IMG/VR virus record: IMGVR_UViG_3300043540_000091
Span: 64,001 to 128,000 of that record
DNA length: 64,000 nucleotides
Direction: 5' to 3' (one strand)
Source of the DNA: a virus
Shown here: positions 10,199-19,700 of the stretch, one piece after another
How the letters are laid out: each line of letters opens with the position of its first letter
How positions within the stretch are numbered: position 1 is the stretch's first letter
The notes under the pieces: model-generated
What the model saw: only the letters and a program-made list of their open reading frames with translations
Databases searched by the model: none
What the model was told of the DNA's origin: nothing
Program-made: the position numbers and the translations under genes

Positions 10199-10968
10199 TT
10201 ATATCCCTTATATGAAGAGTACTTACCCGCAAGGCACCGATACACTGAACTCTTTATGAAACCAGCGGCTTCAGCGGCCTTGGCGGTGCTGAAGAAGAGC
10301 GCGGGGCCGCCTTCCAGACTGACAGCCTTAAGTTTGGACCCACGGGAGAACTTCGGAGATAAACGTGTTGATCTAGACTTAAGATGTAATAATTTAAGTC
10401 CTGTAGGAGTTCTCGTTAAGGAAGGCTGAGGATATTCTGTTTCCGGCGCAAACTTCCACCGACTACCTGCATGAGACCATTCCTTACCATTGCAGCACTT
10501 GGAGATCGATACCCGACAATATCCATCGGCCTGAGCCATCCCCATGTTTGGGTAACAGACTTCGATACCTGTCACGAGGTCCAGCCTGACTACTCGACGC
10601 GCGTTTGGTTGTCGGCATCTGAAGCCTGTGTTGGACTGCTTTATCTTGAGTTTAATGTCTTCAGACAAAGTCTTGTACTTTGATCCGCCTGATTCAAGGT
10701 TGTATCCATTCGGCACTATAGACTTATGCTGAGCGATATGGAACCTCTCTAGGTCATCAAGAGCTTCTGGAAATGGAGCTGACGCCAGAATTGCCACCTC
10801 AAAGTTATCCTTGCCATACTTCTGGATGGCCTTATGAAGCAAGAACTTCCTAGTCTGACTCGCGTAGCAGTGTTCGGCCCATCGGCGTTCAATACCTTGA
10901 GAAGTTTGGCCGACGTACTTCTTGCCGTTGACCTTGTTTGTTATTAGATAAACGATGCCGCAGTTCAT
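10180..10968 (-). CDS. GIY-YIG homing endonuclease with NUMOD-like DNA-binding repeats
   Basis: GIVYLITNKVNGKKYVGQT..RWAEH..GYNL. Two NUMOD1-like units (SISKCCNG..GSRWKF; SVYRCLAG..KGYKWEY). Confidence 0.9.
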   Translation of the reverse strand: MNCGIVYLITNKVNGKKYVGQTSQGIERRWAEHCYASQTRKFLLHKAIQKYGKDNFEVAILASAPFPEALDDLERFHIAQHKSIVPNGYNLESGGSKYKTLSEDIKLKIKQSNTGFRCRQPNARRVVRLDLVTGIEVCYPNMGMAQADGYCRVSISKCCNGKEWSHAGSRWKFAPETEYPQPSLTRTPTGLKLLHLKSRSTRLSPKFSRGSKLKAVSLEGGPALFFSTAKAAEAAGFIKSSVYRCLAGKYSSYKGYKWEYAS

Positions 10969-10975
10969 ATCTCAC

Positions 10976-10983
10976 AGATTAGG
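10976..10983 (-). promoter_or_regulatory. putative late promoter box CCTAATCT
   Basis: Exact motif 7 nt upstream of the GIY-YIG ATG. Confidence 0.5.
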
Positions 10984-11887
10984 GTTCGTGTTTGCAACCA
11001 AGGGTACAAGTGTTACCGCTACTCTTTGAGAGTACATGCTCCTTCTCGTGCTCGATGTTGATCTCTAAGTATTCGTCATAACTGATGAAATTTGGCATCG
11101 GCGTGTCGGCGGAGGTCGGCTCTTCAGACTTGCGAACGCTCCAGTAGTCCTCATAGTAGTCATAGCCGATCGCCTTGAAGACGATCGTGCCGGACTTATC
11201 GTACCCGAAGTTCGGAGGAACGAAGGCCATGATGTGTCGGCAGTGAGGATGAAGAGGCGACTGGTGCGGCGTCTTGCCGTCCCATTCCTTAGGTTTGAAG
11301 TACCCTTCTCGGACCTGCGACAACCGATATGGTTTGGGGACCTGCAGATTGGACCGGTCATGGTACATGGACTTGCAGTACTTGCAGATCTTATGGTCGG
11401 CGATGCCGAGAAACACGACGGTCGGATCTTTCACCTTGATGTCAGACGCCAACCTCGTGATACCCTCGCGAGAGGCGTAGGCTTGAACGATGTGAGCCTC
11501 GTTCGCCACTAACATGTCAACGTATTCTCCGGCCTTGTCGAAGTGATTTCTGATATACCGGATCGCTTCCGATGGAGTCTTTGCCTTGGCTACGTCGGCC
11601 AAGATATGATTCTTCACCTTCAGCTGCTGGGAGTCGAGGTAGTCGGACGTGATCTCGGCGAGATTCTTGATGTTCGAGACGTTTGGCTTTGCGTCGGGAC
11701 CGTATAGCATCTTCAAGGTGTACATGTAGATGCCTTCGATCGTGTGAAGAGGATCGGTCCGCTTCACGACCTCGAAGTAGATCTTCGGCCCTTTGAAGAG
11801 CTTGCCGAGAAGACCTGCCTTGGTACTCTCGAAGAGAGACTCGATGCGGCTGATGATTAAGCGGCGCTGGGCGTCGGTGAGCTTCAC
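10979..11887 (-). CDS. MuF/SPP1 gp7-like head morphogenesis protein
   Basis: DHKICKYC...PLHPHCRH motif; position immediately after the portal. Confidence 0.75.
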   Translation of the reverse strand: MKLTDAQRRLIISRIESLFESTKAGLLGKLFKGPKIYFEVVKRTDPLHTIEGIYMYTLKMLYGPDAKPNVSNIKNLAEITSDYLDSQQLKVKNHILADVAKAKTPSEAIRYIRNHFDKAGEYVDMLVANEAHIVQAYASREGITRLASDIKVKDPTVVFLGIADHKICKYCKSMYHDRSNLQVPKPYRLSQVREGYFKPKEWDGKTPHQSPLHPHCRHIMAFVPPNFGYDKSGTIVFKAIGYDYYEDYWSVRKSEEPTSADTPMPNFISYDEYLEINIEHEKEHVLSKSSGNTCTLGCKHEP

Positions 11888-14065
11888 CTACTCTCCCTTC
11901 TTGTCGTCCTTGATCACCTTGGACATGTCGGCGACGGCCTTCTTCGCTTCCTTGCGCCAGCGCTCCATGTGAGCGTCGACAAGGTCGTTGTGTCTGCGAA
12001 GCAACTTTCTCGAGATCGAGTTGTGATTGTTCTTGATGGCCTTCTCCAAGACGACATAGTTTGCGGCAGCCCACTGAATGTTCTTGGTTGAGATCTCCTT
12101 GATCTGATCAAGAGGCTTCTCTGCCTTGGACGTCTGTTCCGGCGGTGGATTGGAGTCTCCCGAATCTTGGTTAGAATCACCGGAGTCACCCGAATCTGGG
12201 TTACCCTCGTCTTCTCCTCCCTCTTCGGGACCTCCCGCTGAGGTTTGCATGGCCTGCTGCTGTACCATCATCTCCTGCTGCATGGCGATCTGAGCCTTCT
12301 GAAGCACGATCTGTTGTTGCTGGAACCAGAACGGATCACGGATGTACTGATAGCGAGGATCTTGTGCTGCGCCCTTCTGCTTGAAGAGATTCTCTAGGAT
12401 CACGCCGACCGGCACGTACTTATCAAGGACGGCCTGCATCTGCGGGTTCAGAGGGAAGTCGCCGCCAAGCTCGGCGGGGACCGGATTCTTCTCCACCTGC
12501 TTCATGACCTCGTTGTAGGTCATATGGACGGCCATGTCCTGCTGGAGTCGAGTGTTCTCCTTCTCGGGAGAGTCCTTCTCGAGACCTGTCATAACGATCT
12601 GGTGAGTCTTTGCAAGCTCGGAGTCGACGAACGGGAGGATGTGACTGTTGAGGAAATCCTGGATGTCCTGCAGCAACGGGCGCAAACCCACGTCGCGAGC
12701 AGCTGTGAGCTTCCATTCGTTGTCAGACTCGGAGAGGGCCTGAGTGTTCGTGCCGCGAGCAAGGTGCGCGTAGCCAGGAAGCTCTTCAGGAGACATCTGG
12801 AATGACGACAGGATCACACGAGCGTTGTTGTCCATGAGGTACTGGAACTCGGCGTCGCGGCCAGAATTATCGATCGGCTGCCATGAGAGTTCATCGTCAG
12901 TTCCGACGCCGAACACCGGCATGCGCCATGCGTTCTGGACAGAGTTGATGGACTGGTGGAACTGCAAGCGGATGCGCTGTACTGCCGCCTCATCGACGGA
13001 GTCAGACTTGAAGATTAACATTCCCTTTGCTGCGCGACCGTGCTGGAAGTACAGCTTGTTGTGCACCGTGATGTTGATATGAGTCGTGATGGCGTTCAAG
13101 GCCTGATCGATTGGAGTTAGCGGATAGCCAGAGAACTCGACGTTGGTAGTCGGGTACAGATTGTAGACCACCATCTCATCTTCTGTGAAGGCCTGAGATG
13201 GTTTACCTTCGATCACCTGAACGTAGCGGTATTCATCTTTCTTGTACTTCTCGATGTCGATCTTCTTGTTCTTCAGCTCAGACAATAGGCGGATGGCTTC
13301 AGTCCGAAGCGACTGGTCTTGCTCCTTCTTGGGCATGACCTTGTACATGGTACCAGCGTCGGATGCACGCCACGCGTACAGCTCGCTCTTACCGGTCTTG
13401 ATGTTGCGTTTCCAAACTCGTTCACATGCGAAGCGTCCGTACGCTAAGCCATCGCGAGTGATCAGCTTCAGGAACTGACTGAGGTTCACCTGGTTCAACT
13501 CATCGTCGAGAGCGCCATGGCCACAGCGCCACAGTATCTTCTTGGCACCGTCGATACGCTCTTGGATTTGCTTTGCTTCTTCCTCTGAGCGCTTGCGGTT
13601 CTTGTCCATTTCCTGGAACTCGAAACCCATGGAGAATCGATCGGTGCGAGGACGACCGAACGAGCCGATCATGTTAGAGCGTGCTTGTAAGATCTGGTTG
13701 ACAAGCTCGTCGCCGCCAGGACCTGTGATGCGTTTCAAGATATGGTCAGGAGTAAGGTTGGATTTTAGTCGATAGAAGCCCATCCCCGTCGCATAGTTTG
13801 CGCGTGGATCGACCTCGAACGCCATCCGGTCTACGCCGTCAGGCTGAGAAGCTATACGTTCGTTCTGTTGCCGGATGGACTTTAGGATGAGGCCAAGTAC
13901 AGAGTTACCTTCCGCCTTCTCGAACGGTTCGCCCTTGTCGGCTGCGGCATTCTGCGCCTCCCGATCTGCCTCTTCCTTCTTCAAGAGGTTATACGAGTTC
14001 ATGTCCAGCGCAACTATCTGCTGGACATGCTTAGCCGGTTTTGGACCGCTCTTATCTTTGGCCAC
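11888..14065 (-). CDS. portal protein
   Basis: DGLAYGRFACE, GYPLTPIDQA, YFQHGRAAKGML, DAEFQYL..ILSSFQMSPEEL, GLRPLL..IQDFLN, MTYNEV (HK97/Herelle-type portal pattern); follows TerL. Confidence 0.88.
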   Translation of the reverse strand: MAKDKSGPKPAKHVQQIVALDMNSYNLLKKEEADREAQNAAADKGEPFEKAEGNSVLGLILKSIRQQNERIASQPDGVDRMAFEVDPRANYATGMGFYRLKSNLTPDHILKRITGPGGDELVNQILQARSNMIGSFGRPRTDRFSMGFEFQEMDKNRKRSEEEAKQIQERIDGAKKILWRCGHGALDDELNQVNLSQFLKLITRDGLAYGRFACERVWKRNIKTGKSELYAWRASDAGTMYKVMPKKEQDQSLRTEAIRLLSELKNKKIDIEKYKKDEYRYVQVIEGKPSQAFTEDEMVVYNLYPTTNVEFSGYPLTPIDQALNAITTHINITVHNKLYFQHGRAAKGMLIFKSDSVDEAAVQRIRLQFHQSINSVQNAWRMPVFGVGTDDELSWQPIDNSGRDAEFQYLMDNNARVILSSFQMSPEELPGYAHLARGTNTQALSESDNEWKLTAARDVGLRPLLQDIQDFLNSHILPFVDSELAKTHQIVMTGLEKDSPEKENTRLQQDMAVHMTYNEVMKQVEKNPVPAELGGDFPLNPQMQAVLDKYVPVGVILENLFKQKGAAQDPRYQYIRDPFWFQQQQIVLQKAQIAMQQEMMVQQQAMQTSAGGPEEGGEDEGNPDSGDSGDSNQDSGDSNPPPEQTSKAEKPLDQIKEISTKNIQWAAANYVVLEKAIKNNHNSISRKLLRRHNDLVDAHMERWRKEAKKAVADMSKVIKDDKKGE

Positions 14066-14069
14066 TCAG

Positions 14070-15044
14070 TTACTCCACCGTGAAGAACTTGATCGTGCAA
14101 CTGTTCACTGACAGGTTCTTTACCTGGCAGGCATACGCGTCTCCCCATTTCTGGTGCACGCCACGCAGCATTGGGTTACCAGCCTCGATGGGCTGGAGGA
14201 CGTTCAGATCGTCTGTCTGACCGTTGAACCGAATCGAACACACCTGATCCACCTCACAGTAGATCATACGCTTAACTCCGGTGTAGAACACGATCGAGCC
14301 AGGAACATACATAAGGCCGGTCTCTTCCGGAATAGCGGCGGTAGACACGAAGTCGATCGCGGTCGGAGTCGAGTTCAGGACCGTGTAGGTCCGCTGGGAA
14401 ACCTGGCTGAAGGTACCGTTGATCTGGAACTGCATTCCAGGCCGGATTGTATCGTCCGCGAAGAACTGTACGTCGGAGCCTACCGACGCAACGGTTTCAG
14501 CAACGGCCTCGAAGGGTTCGCCAACCTGACGAACGCACGAGACCTTGGTACCATTGACTCCAATAACCTTCCAGATACCTGAATTTATTGGATTAAACTG
14601 AAAAGGTCCAGTGTCATACGTGTTGTCGCCATTGATCTTCATGATGTCGCCGACGACGATGGGAAGCGTTGCGCCGGTGAAGTCAAAGACGGCCACAGAC
14701 TGGTTGTTCACGGTCACGGTGCACTGGCCGAGACCGGCGGCTGCGCGTGGCGTACGGAAGGCATATGGTCCGGAGGCAACTTCGAGGCGATAGACGCTGT
14801 CCTGGGCGCTGACTTGGGTAATCTGGACCATGGAAGATATGAGAAGACCGGTGGACACCGTGTTCTGGACGATGGTGAATACTTCTCCAGGCGCGAGAGT
14901 CTTCGAGTCGCCTGACGGGTTCTTACAAGCAATGGCTTCAAGCCTGCGACGGTGATCAAACGCCCGTTCGTGCGGATTGTCCGTCACTGAGGGATCTGAA
15001 TAACACAGTAGCTGGTTGATAAGATTGAGGATATGGTCATTCAT
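14070..15044 (-). CDS. hypothetical beta-rich virion protein (324 aa)
   Basis: ORF between TerL and portal; preceded by the CCTAATCT box. Confidence 0.65.
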   Translation of the reverse strand: MNDHILNLINQLLCYSDPSVTDNPHERAFDHRRRLEAIACKNPSGDSKTLAPGEVFTIVQNTVSTGLLISSMVQITQVSAQDSVYRLEVASGPYAFRTPRAAAGLGQCTVTVNNQSVAVFDFTGATLPIVVGDIMKINGDNTYDTGPFQFNPINSGIWKVIGVNGTKVSCVRQVGEPFEAVAETVASVGSDVQFFADDTIRPGMQFQINGTFSQVSQRTYTVLNSTPTAIDFVSTAAIPEETGLMYVPGSIVFYTGVKRMIYCEVDQVCSIRFNGQTDDLNVLQPIEAGNPMLRGVHQKWGDAYACQVKNLSVNSCTIKFFTVE

Positions 15045-15074
15045 CGTCTACCGCCTATACTCCAAGTACTTGAA

Positions 15075-15082
15075 AGATTAGG
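15075..15082 (-). promoter_or_regulatory. putative late promoter box CCTAATCT
   Basis: Exact motif overlapping the TerL stop, upstream of the 324-aa gene and the portal. Confidence 0.55.
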
Positions 15083-16961
15083 TATCTTCATCGTCAGCTC
15101 CGAAGTCCCAGATCACGTTTCCGTCCGCAGACTTGCCCTGCGGGGCACCCTTGTCCGCCGTGGCTAAATTTCGCACCTTCTGAGTCATCCAGTCCTCGAA
15201 TCTGTTGTCCTTGCCGAACTCCGACATCTTAGGCATGGTATCCTGACTCGGGGATACCGCGCTACCCTTCGGACGGAACAGGTTCTGGGCCTGATAACGT
15301 ACGGTGTCCGCGATATCTGCGTATTCCCCGTCATCTGGATCTTTGGTTATGTTTCCTAGGGTATCCAGCTTGAAGCAATGCTCGGCGAACATCTTGATGA
15401 ACAGCTCGGTGCGCTCATGTTTGATCACCTTCAGCGACCTCTGGCCGCCAGCATTGATGATCTGACCGCGAACGGCCTCGATGCCGCCGCGAACGTCCTT
15501 GACGAAGTCTTGGCATGGCATTCGGCGCTTCTTGAACTCCTTGATGAACATGGGCTCAGATGTATCCGCGAACCACTTTACGACTCGGTACATGTCGCGG
15601 ACGGATATCGCGAGGTCGATCATCTGCTGGAACTCAAGTCCTGGAACCGAGTATGCGTCGATCAACCACCACTCGTTCTGGATCTTCGCGCTGACGGATA
15701 TGGCGAAGGCGTGCGTCGTACCCCAGTCGACACCGGCGTAGAACTTGATATCGCGCTGCAACATGAGAGTGACGAGATCGTTCAGCGTAGCGTAACCTGG
15801 CATCTTCTCGCCGGTATAATGCTCCCACGCCTGGGCCAGAGAGTAGGTGTTGGCGGTACCGTCGTCCTTGTCAAGGAAACGTGGATACACCATCCCTTGC
15901 GAAGATGGTTTCCAGCACATCAGCTGTGCTTCTGCCAGATCAGGATCGTCGTTCGAGAAGAACTGAGAGATCGTGAAGTCGATCGGCTTCCAGAGTCCGC
16001 CCTTGTCGTTCTCCGACCGGTGAGCGAGCCGTCCGCGACAGACCGGTAGCAAGGGACACTTCGCGCATCCTCCCATGGCCTCGATCTCGTCATATGCGTC
16101 CTTCTCTCGATCGGCCAAGGATTCAAACTGGTCCTTGGTTATCGTCTTGAGCGGGAGGTTCTTGGCGACGTACACGGTCTCCTTAGGAAGATCAGGTCGA
16201 TGACGCTCAGGCTGGCACTTCTCCGTGATGTCTATGATGTTCCATCGGAAGATCCTATATCCATACTTACGCGCCTTGTCCATCTCTTTCGAGAACAGGC
16301 CGCCTGGGAACTTCATCGTAGAAGTCTTGATGGTTACTGGATGCTGACCGTTGAACACTCCAGGGATGAATCGAGCTTCCTTGTACGCGCGTTGCTGTTC
16401 CTTGGAGCGAATCGTGTCGATCTCGTCGATCGTGAAGATATTCGTATGAGCGCTGTTCGCTCCAGTGATGGTACACACGATGATCTTCATGTACGCGGTT
16501 CGTTCCGTTGGCAAACCTTCGTCAAACTTCAGCGAGATTTCCTTGGCGTTCTGGGCGTCGAGAGTGATCTTGTGGTAATCGAGGTACGGCTTGATCTTCT
16601 GGATGAAGCTCTCGATGTATGTCTGCGCAGCCGTAGCCTGTGGCACGATCGCGGCCATGTGAGCGATGGAAGCTCCGAACTGCGCCATCATGATGATTGC
16701 GAAGACAGCTTCCGACAAAGTCTTGTAAGATTCACGAGAAGAGATGACTATCGTATCGGGCGATAGATTGGCCTGGTTCGCCTCGTACATTTTGTATGTC
16801 TCGTAGATCCAATGTATCGGACTGGAGTTACTGTCCGGATCTACCCACGAGTCTGGGAACTCGAGGTCGAGGAAGTTATGAATCCACTGCTTCACATGCT
16901 CAGGCGTAGTGAATCGAACAAGGAACGTCTTTGCTAAGTTCTCGTCGATCTTAACGGCCAT
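15078..16961 (-). CDS. terL: terminase large subunit
   Basis: Walker A variant SSRESYKT, Walker B FTIDEID, nuclease GVDWGTTH and C-terminal DIADTVRY; adjacent to the portal. Confidence 0.88.
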   Translation of the reverse strand: MAVKIDENLAKTFLVRFTTPEHVKQWIHNFLDLEFPDSWVDPDSNSSPIHWIYETYKMYEANQANLSPDTIVISSRESYKTLSEAVFAIIMMAQFGASIAHMAAIVPQATAAQTYIESFIQKIKPYLDYHKITLDAQNAKEISLKFDEGLPTERTAYMKIIVCTITGANSAHTNIFTIDEIDTIRSKEQQRAYKEARFIPGVFNGQHPVTIKTSTMKFPGGLFSKEMDKARKYGYRIFRWNIIDITEKCQPERHRPDLPKETVYVAKNLPLKTITKDQFESLADREKDAYDEIEAMGGCAKCPLLPVCRGRLAHRSENDKGGLWKPIDFTISQFFSNDDPDLAEAQLMCWKPSSQGMVYPRFLDKDDGTANTYSLAQAWEHYTGEKMPGYATLNDLVTLMLQRDIKFYAGVDWGTTHAFAISVSAKIQNEWWLIDAYSVPGLEFQQMIDLAISVRDMYRVVKWFADTSEPMFIKEFKKRRMPCQDFVKDVRGGIEAVRGQIINAGGQRSLKVIKHERTELFIKMFAEHCFKLDTLGNITKDPDDGEYADIADTVRYQAQNLFRPKGSAVSPSQDTMPKMSEFGKDNRFEDWMTQKVRNLATADKGAPQGKSADGNVIWDFGADDEDT

Positions 16962-17364
16962 GAAGCGGCGTCCTCATAAGGCCTGCGGACTCGAGATCCG
17001 CATCCGTCAGGGACGCAAGCTGAACATCGTTCTTGGTGAGGAGAAGTATGGCCTTATCCTTGCCATGACCTCTCAAGTAGTCCCTGATATGGTTGAAAGT
17101 ATCGTACCGAAGCATGCGCTCATCCGCGACCTTGATCCACACGATGTCGCCGAGGCGATTGAAGTCCACCAGCTCGAGCTGGCTGCGGACGTCCAGTGAT
17201 GTATTCCGGTCCAGCCGAGCGACATCGGCGCGAAGCTTGGCGATCTCGAGGGCGGCGTCCTTCAACGTGATGCGATACACGTTGTTGAGGCCCATGATCG
17301 AGCACAGTTTGTCGTGCAGCCACAGTTTGATCTGAAAGATGGTGACCTTAAGACTTTGCATCAC
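16951..17364 (-). CDS. hypothetical protein (137 aa)
   Basis: Coupled ORF; C-terminal LTDADLESAGLMR resembles the end of ORF 52084-52422. Confidence 0.65.
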   Translation of the reverse strand: MMQSLKVTIFQIKLWLHDKLCSIMGLNNVYRITLKDAALEIAKLRADVARLDRNTSLDVRSQLELVDFNRLGDIVWIKVADERMLRYDTFNHIRDYLRGHGKDKAILLLTKNDVQLASLTDADLESAGLMRTPLHGR

Positions 17365-17998
17365 TCACCGCTTTCTTCTTCTTGGCGTCTGACATGATCT
17401 TGAGTACCGCAGCCGCGTCTTCAGGAGACAGATCGCTCGTTCCCGTGTTCACGTTTACGTTGAAGTTCTGGGTATTCTCTGTCTTAGTCTTGATGACTCG
17501 ATCCTGTCCCGTGATCTTTAACAGGCCTTCCGTGACCTTGAGCAAACCTTGCAAGGATTCGATGTTTATGACGCCGTCGAGGTCCTTCTCGTCGCCCGAC
17601 TGGATGAACTTCTTGAGCTTGTCGCTATGCTTGCGCCGAGCGGCGGCCAGCATGTCGGTCATGAGTTCAGTCGTTTCCATCTGGGCCTTTAGGACCTTGG
17701 TCTTGATCTTGTCCTGAAGCTCGCTGCAGTAGTCGTCGCGCTTCTGAGTCCACTTGTACCTGACCTGGGCATCGAGGATACCTCCAAGAGGAAAAGCCTT
17801 GTTTATACGCTGGATCTCGCGAGCGTCAGATCCATTGAGAAATAGTTCAAACATCCGTGCGCTCGCATCCGGTGACAGCGGATGTCCACCTGCAGCTAAG
17901 TACTCAGTAAGAACTGTCAGATCCTCCGGTGAGAGGTCTGTATTGGCGTACGCTACGTACTCTTCTGGTCTATAAAGCTGCAAGGACTTCTCTGCCAT
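17348..17998 (-). CDS. putative terminase small subunit
   Basis: HTH-like N-terminus then helical region, upstream of TerL. Start reassigned to ATG 17998 (MAEKS), 6 nt after a TGGTATTAT box. Confidence 0.5.
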   Translation of the reverse strand: MAEKSLQLYRPEEYVAYANTDLSPEDLTVLTEYLAAGGHPLSPDASARMFELFLNGSDAREIQRINKAFPLGGILDAQVRYKWTQKRDDYCSELQDKIKTKVLKAQMETTELMTDMLAAARRKHSDKLKKFIQSGDEKDLDGVINIESLQGLLKVTEGLLKITGQDRVIKTKTENTQNFNVNVNTGTSDLSPEDAAAVLKIMSDAKKKKAVSDAKS

Positions 17999-18004
17999 GC
18001 CAGT

Positions 18005-18013
18005 ATAATACCA
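18005..18013 (-). promoter_or_regulatory. extended -10 promoter TGGTATTAT (leaderless geometry)
   Basis: TGnTAnnnT 6 nt before the ATG at 17998; no RBS. Confidence 0.55.
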
Positions 18014-18016
18014 CAC

Positions 18017-18346
18017 TTAGTGGGTAGCGCTATCGAAGACTCTCTTCTTGTTGACCTTGACTACGACTCTGGTCTCGTCCCATAGGATGGTCCTTACCCA
18101 TACGAGGATATTCTTGAACAGTTCCTTCTCGAACTTGGTTTCCTTGTACTTCGGAGACTCGCACTCGAGGGTGACGGCCTTGTTCTCCGGATCAACCTTG
18201 GCTACAACCCTGGCTATCTGCTTGCTTAGCCTGGGCCAGCTGATCAGCTGAAGCTTCTGGGCCTCATGGATGCCGCCGGTACGGACGGTCATCGCCTTCA
18301 GGTGCATGAGCTGTTCCATGACGTTCGTTTCATTGACGCCGCTCAT
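18017..18346 (-). CDS. hypothetical protein
   Basis: ATG at 18346 forms an ATGA overlap with the upstream nuclease stop. Confidence 0.65.
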   Translation of the reverse strand: MSGVNETNVMEQLMHLKAMTVRTGGIHEAQKLQLISWPRLSKQIARVVAKVDPENKAVTLECESPKYKETKFEKELFKNILVWVRTILWDETRVVVKVNKKRVFDSATH

Positions 18347-19416
18347 ATGTTGCCGTTCCTCAAGGTCGGGCACATGTCGTACACCTTCTTGAGAACTTCC
18401 TCTTGTATATCCTTCGGGACCTGATTGATCTCGAAGAACTCGCTCGAGAACTTGATGAACGATGCTGGCACGCCTTCCGACTCTTTCACCGACACTTTTA
18501 CCGATTCATCGGTATAGGTGGAGCTTGCCTTGATGCCTCCTGGCAGCTGGCGCTCCGTCTTCTTGACGAAGTCCTTCGTTCCTGTGATGTGAACGTAAAC
18601 TCGGTTGGCCTTGATCTTCTTGACGACCTCTTCAACCTTGGCGATCTGCTCGGCGGCGCTTGGACCTTCCTCGATCGACAACTTCGTGAACGGAGACCAG
18701 ACTTCCCACGGAGTCTCCTGGAAGTAGATCTCGCCGGTGCTCAAGGTCATCACATGGATACCCTTCACGGTACCAACATCTGACTTGTTGAGATGTCGTG
18801 GTGTTCCGAAGTAGTAGATGTTGTCACCAAGACGCTGGCAGAGATGAATATGACCAGAGAAGAACTGCAGGTCCTTCGGGTAGCGATCGATCTTGAAACC
18901 GTGCGGCGCGTAGTATCCTGACTCAAACTGCGCTCCGTCAAACTCAGCGTGGCAGAAGATCTTCCGTGCGCCCTTGTTGTAGAGTTCCATCACCTTTGAG
19001 TAGAACTTCTCCTCGTTCCGGATGAATCCAATGATTCCGACCGTGTCCGTGAGCATTGAACCTTCAGCTCCTGTAACGACAGTGTAGTCGCCGTGGACGT
19101 CCAAGGCGTTGGCGGTCTCCTGCTGGTTCATGTCATGATTGCCGACGATCGACTCAGACGGATAACCAAGGTTGACAAGGATGTACTTGTACGCCCAGGT
19201 CCAGAACTGTTCGATCAATACTTCCTTCACGCCGAACTTGTCGTACAGATCTCCCATGAAGATCGGTACGGCCTTCTTGCCGGTTGTGGCGGAGATATGA
19301 AGAACGCCTGCGACGAGCCACTTGATGAACGCAGTAGCCTCGGCTATGTTGCCCTCGTCTACGTGCATGTCACCTACCGGAACCAGGATCTCTGGCTTGA
19401 ATGGTCTCTCGATCAC
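18343..19416 (-). CDS. Mre11/SbcD (T4 gp47)-like metallophosphoesterase nuclease
   Basis: GDMH, MGDLYD, VGNHD, FCH, SGHIH, YFGTP motifs. Confidence 0.8.
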   Translation of the reverse strand: MIERPFKPEILVPVGDMHVDEGNIAEATAFIKWLVAGVLHISATTGKKAVPIFMGDLYDKFGVKEVLIEQFWTWAYKYILVNLGYPSESIVGNHDMNQQETANALDVHGDYTVVTGAEGSMLTDTVGIIGFIRNEEKFYSKVMELYNKGARKIFCHAEFDGAQFESGYYAPHGFKIDRYPKDLQFFSGHIHLCQRLGDNIYYFGTPRHLNKSDVGTVKGIHVMTLSTGEIYFQETPWEVWSPFTKLSIEEGPSAAEQIAKVEEVVKKIKANRVYVHITGTKDFVKKTERQLPGGIKASSTYTDESVKVSVKESEGVPASFIKFSSEFFEINQVPKDIQEEVLKKVYDMCPTLRNGNI

Positions 19417-19700
19417 TCGGCCTTCCTGTATCCAAAAACATACGCTTCAGGGCACAGAACGAACATGACGTCGCCGTAGCGGTACAGGCTGAGCTTCTGG
19501 AATGCGGCCTCTCCCTTGAGGAGTGCCTTGTCGCCAGCCTTCAGTTGAACTCCATCAAGAATGTAGTCCATCATTAGCTCGGCCTCGATGACCTCGACGC
19601 GAGCGACTGCCCGAGCGATACCTCCGGTAAGCTCGACGTCGACCTTCTTTGCTTCAAACGGTTTTAGGGCGAGTTCGCCCTTCTTCGTTCCCGTGACCAT
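19413..19700 (-). CDS. divergent GroES/Cpn10-like co-chaperonin
   Basis: About 95 aa. LALKP..TGGI mobile-loop motif, LKAGDKALL, and YGDVMFVLCPEAYVFG match the GroES layout. GroEL is encoded about 4.5 kb away. Confidence 0.6.
   Translation of the reverse strand: MVTGTKKGELALKPFEAKKVDVELTGGIARAVARVEVIEAELMMDYILDGVQLKAGDKALLKGEAAFQKLSLYRYGDVMFVLCPEAYVFGYRKAE

Noticed and set aside
10180-10968. GIY-YIG gene as part of a group I intron
   Set aside because: There is no non-coding flanking sequence for a ribozyme core, and both neighbours look complete.
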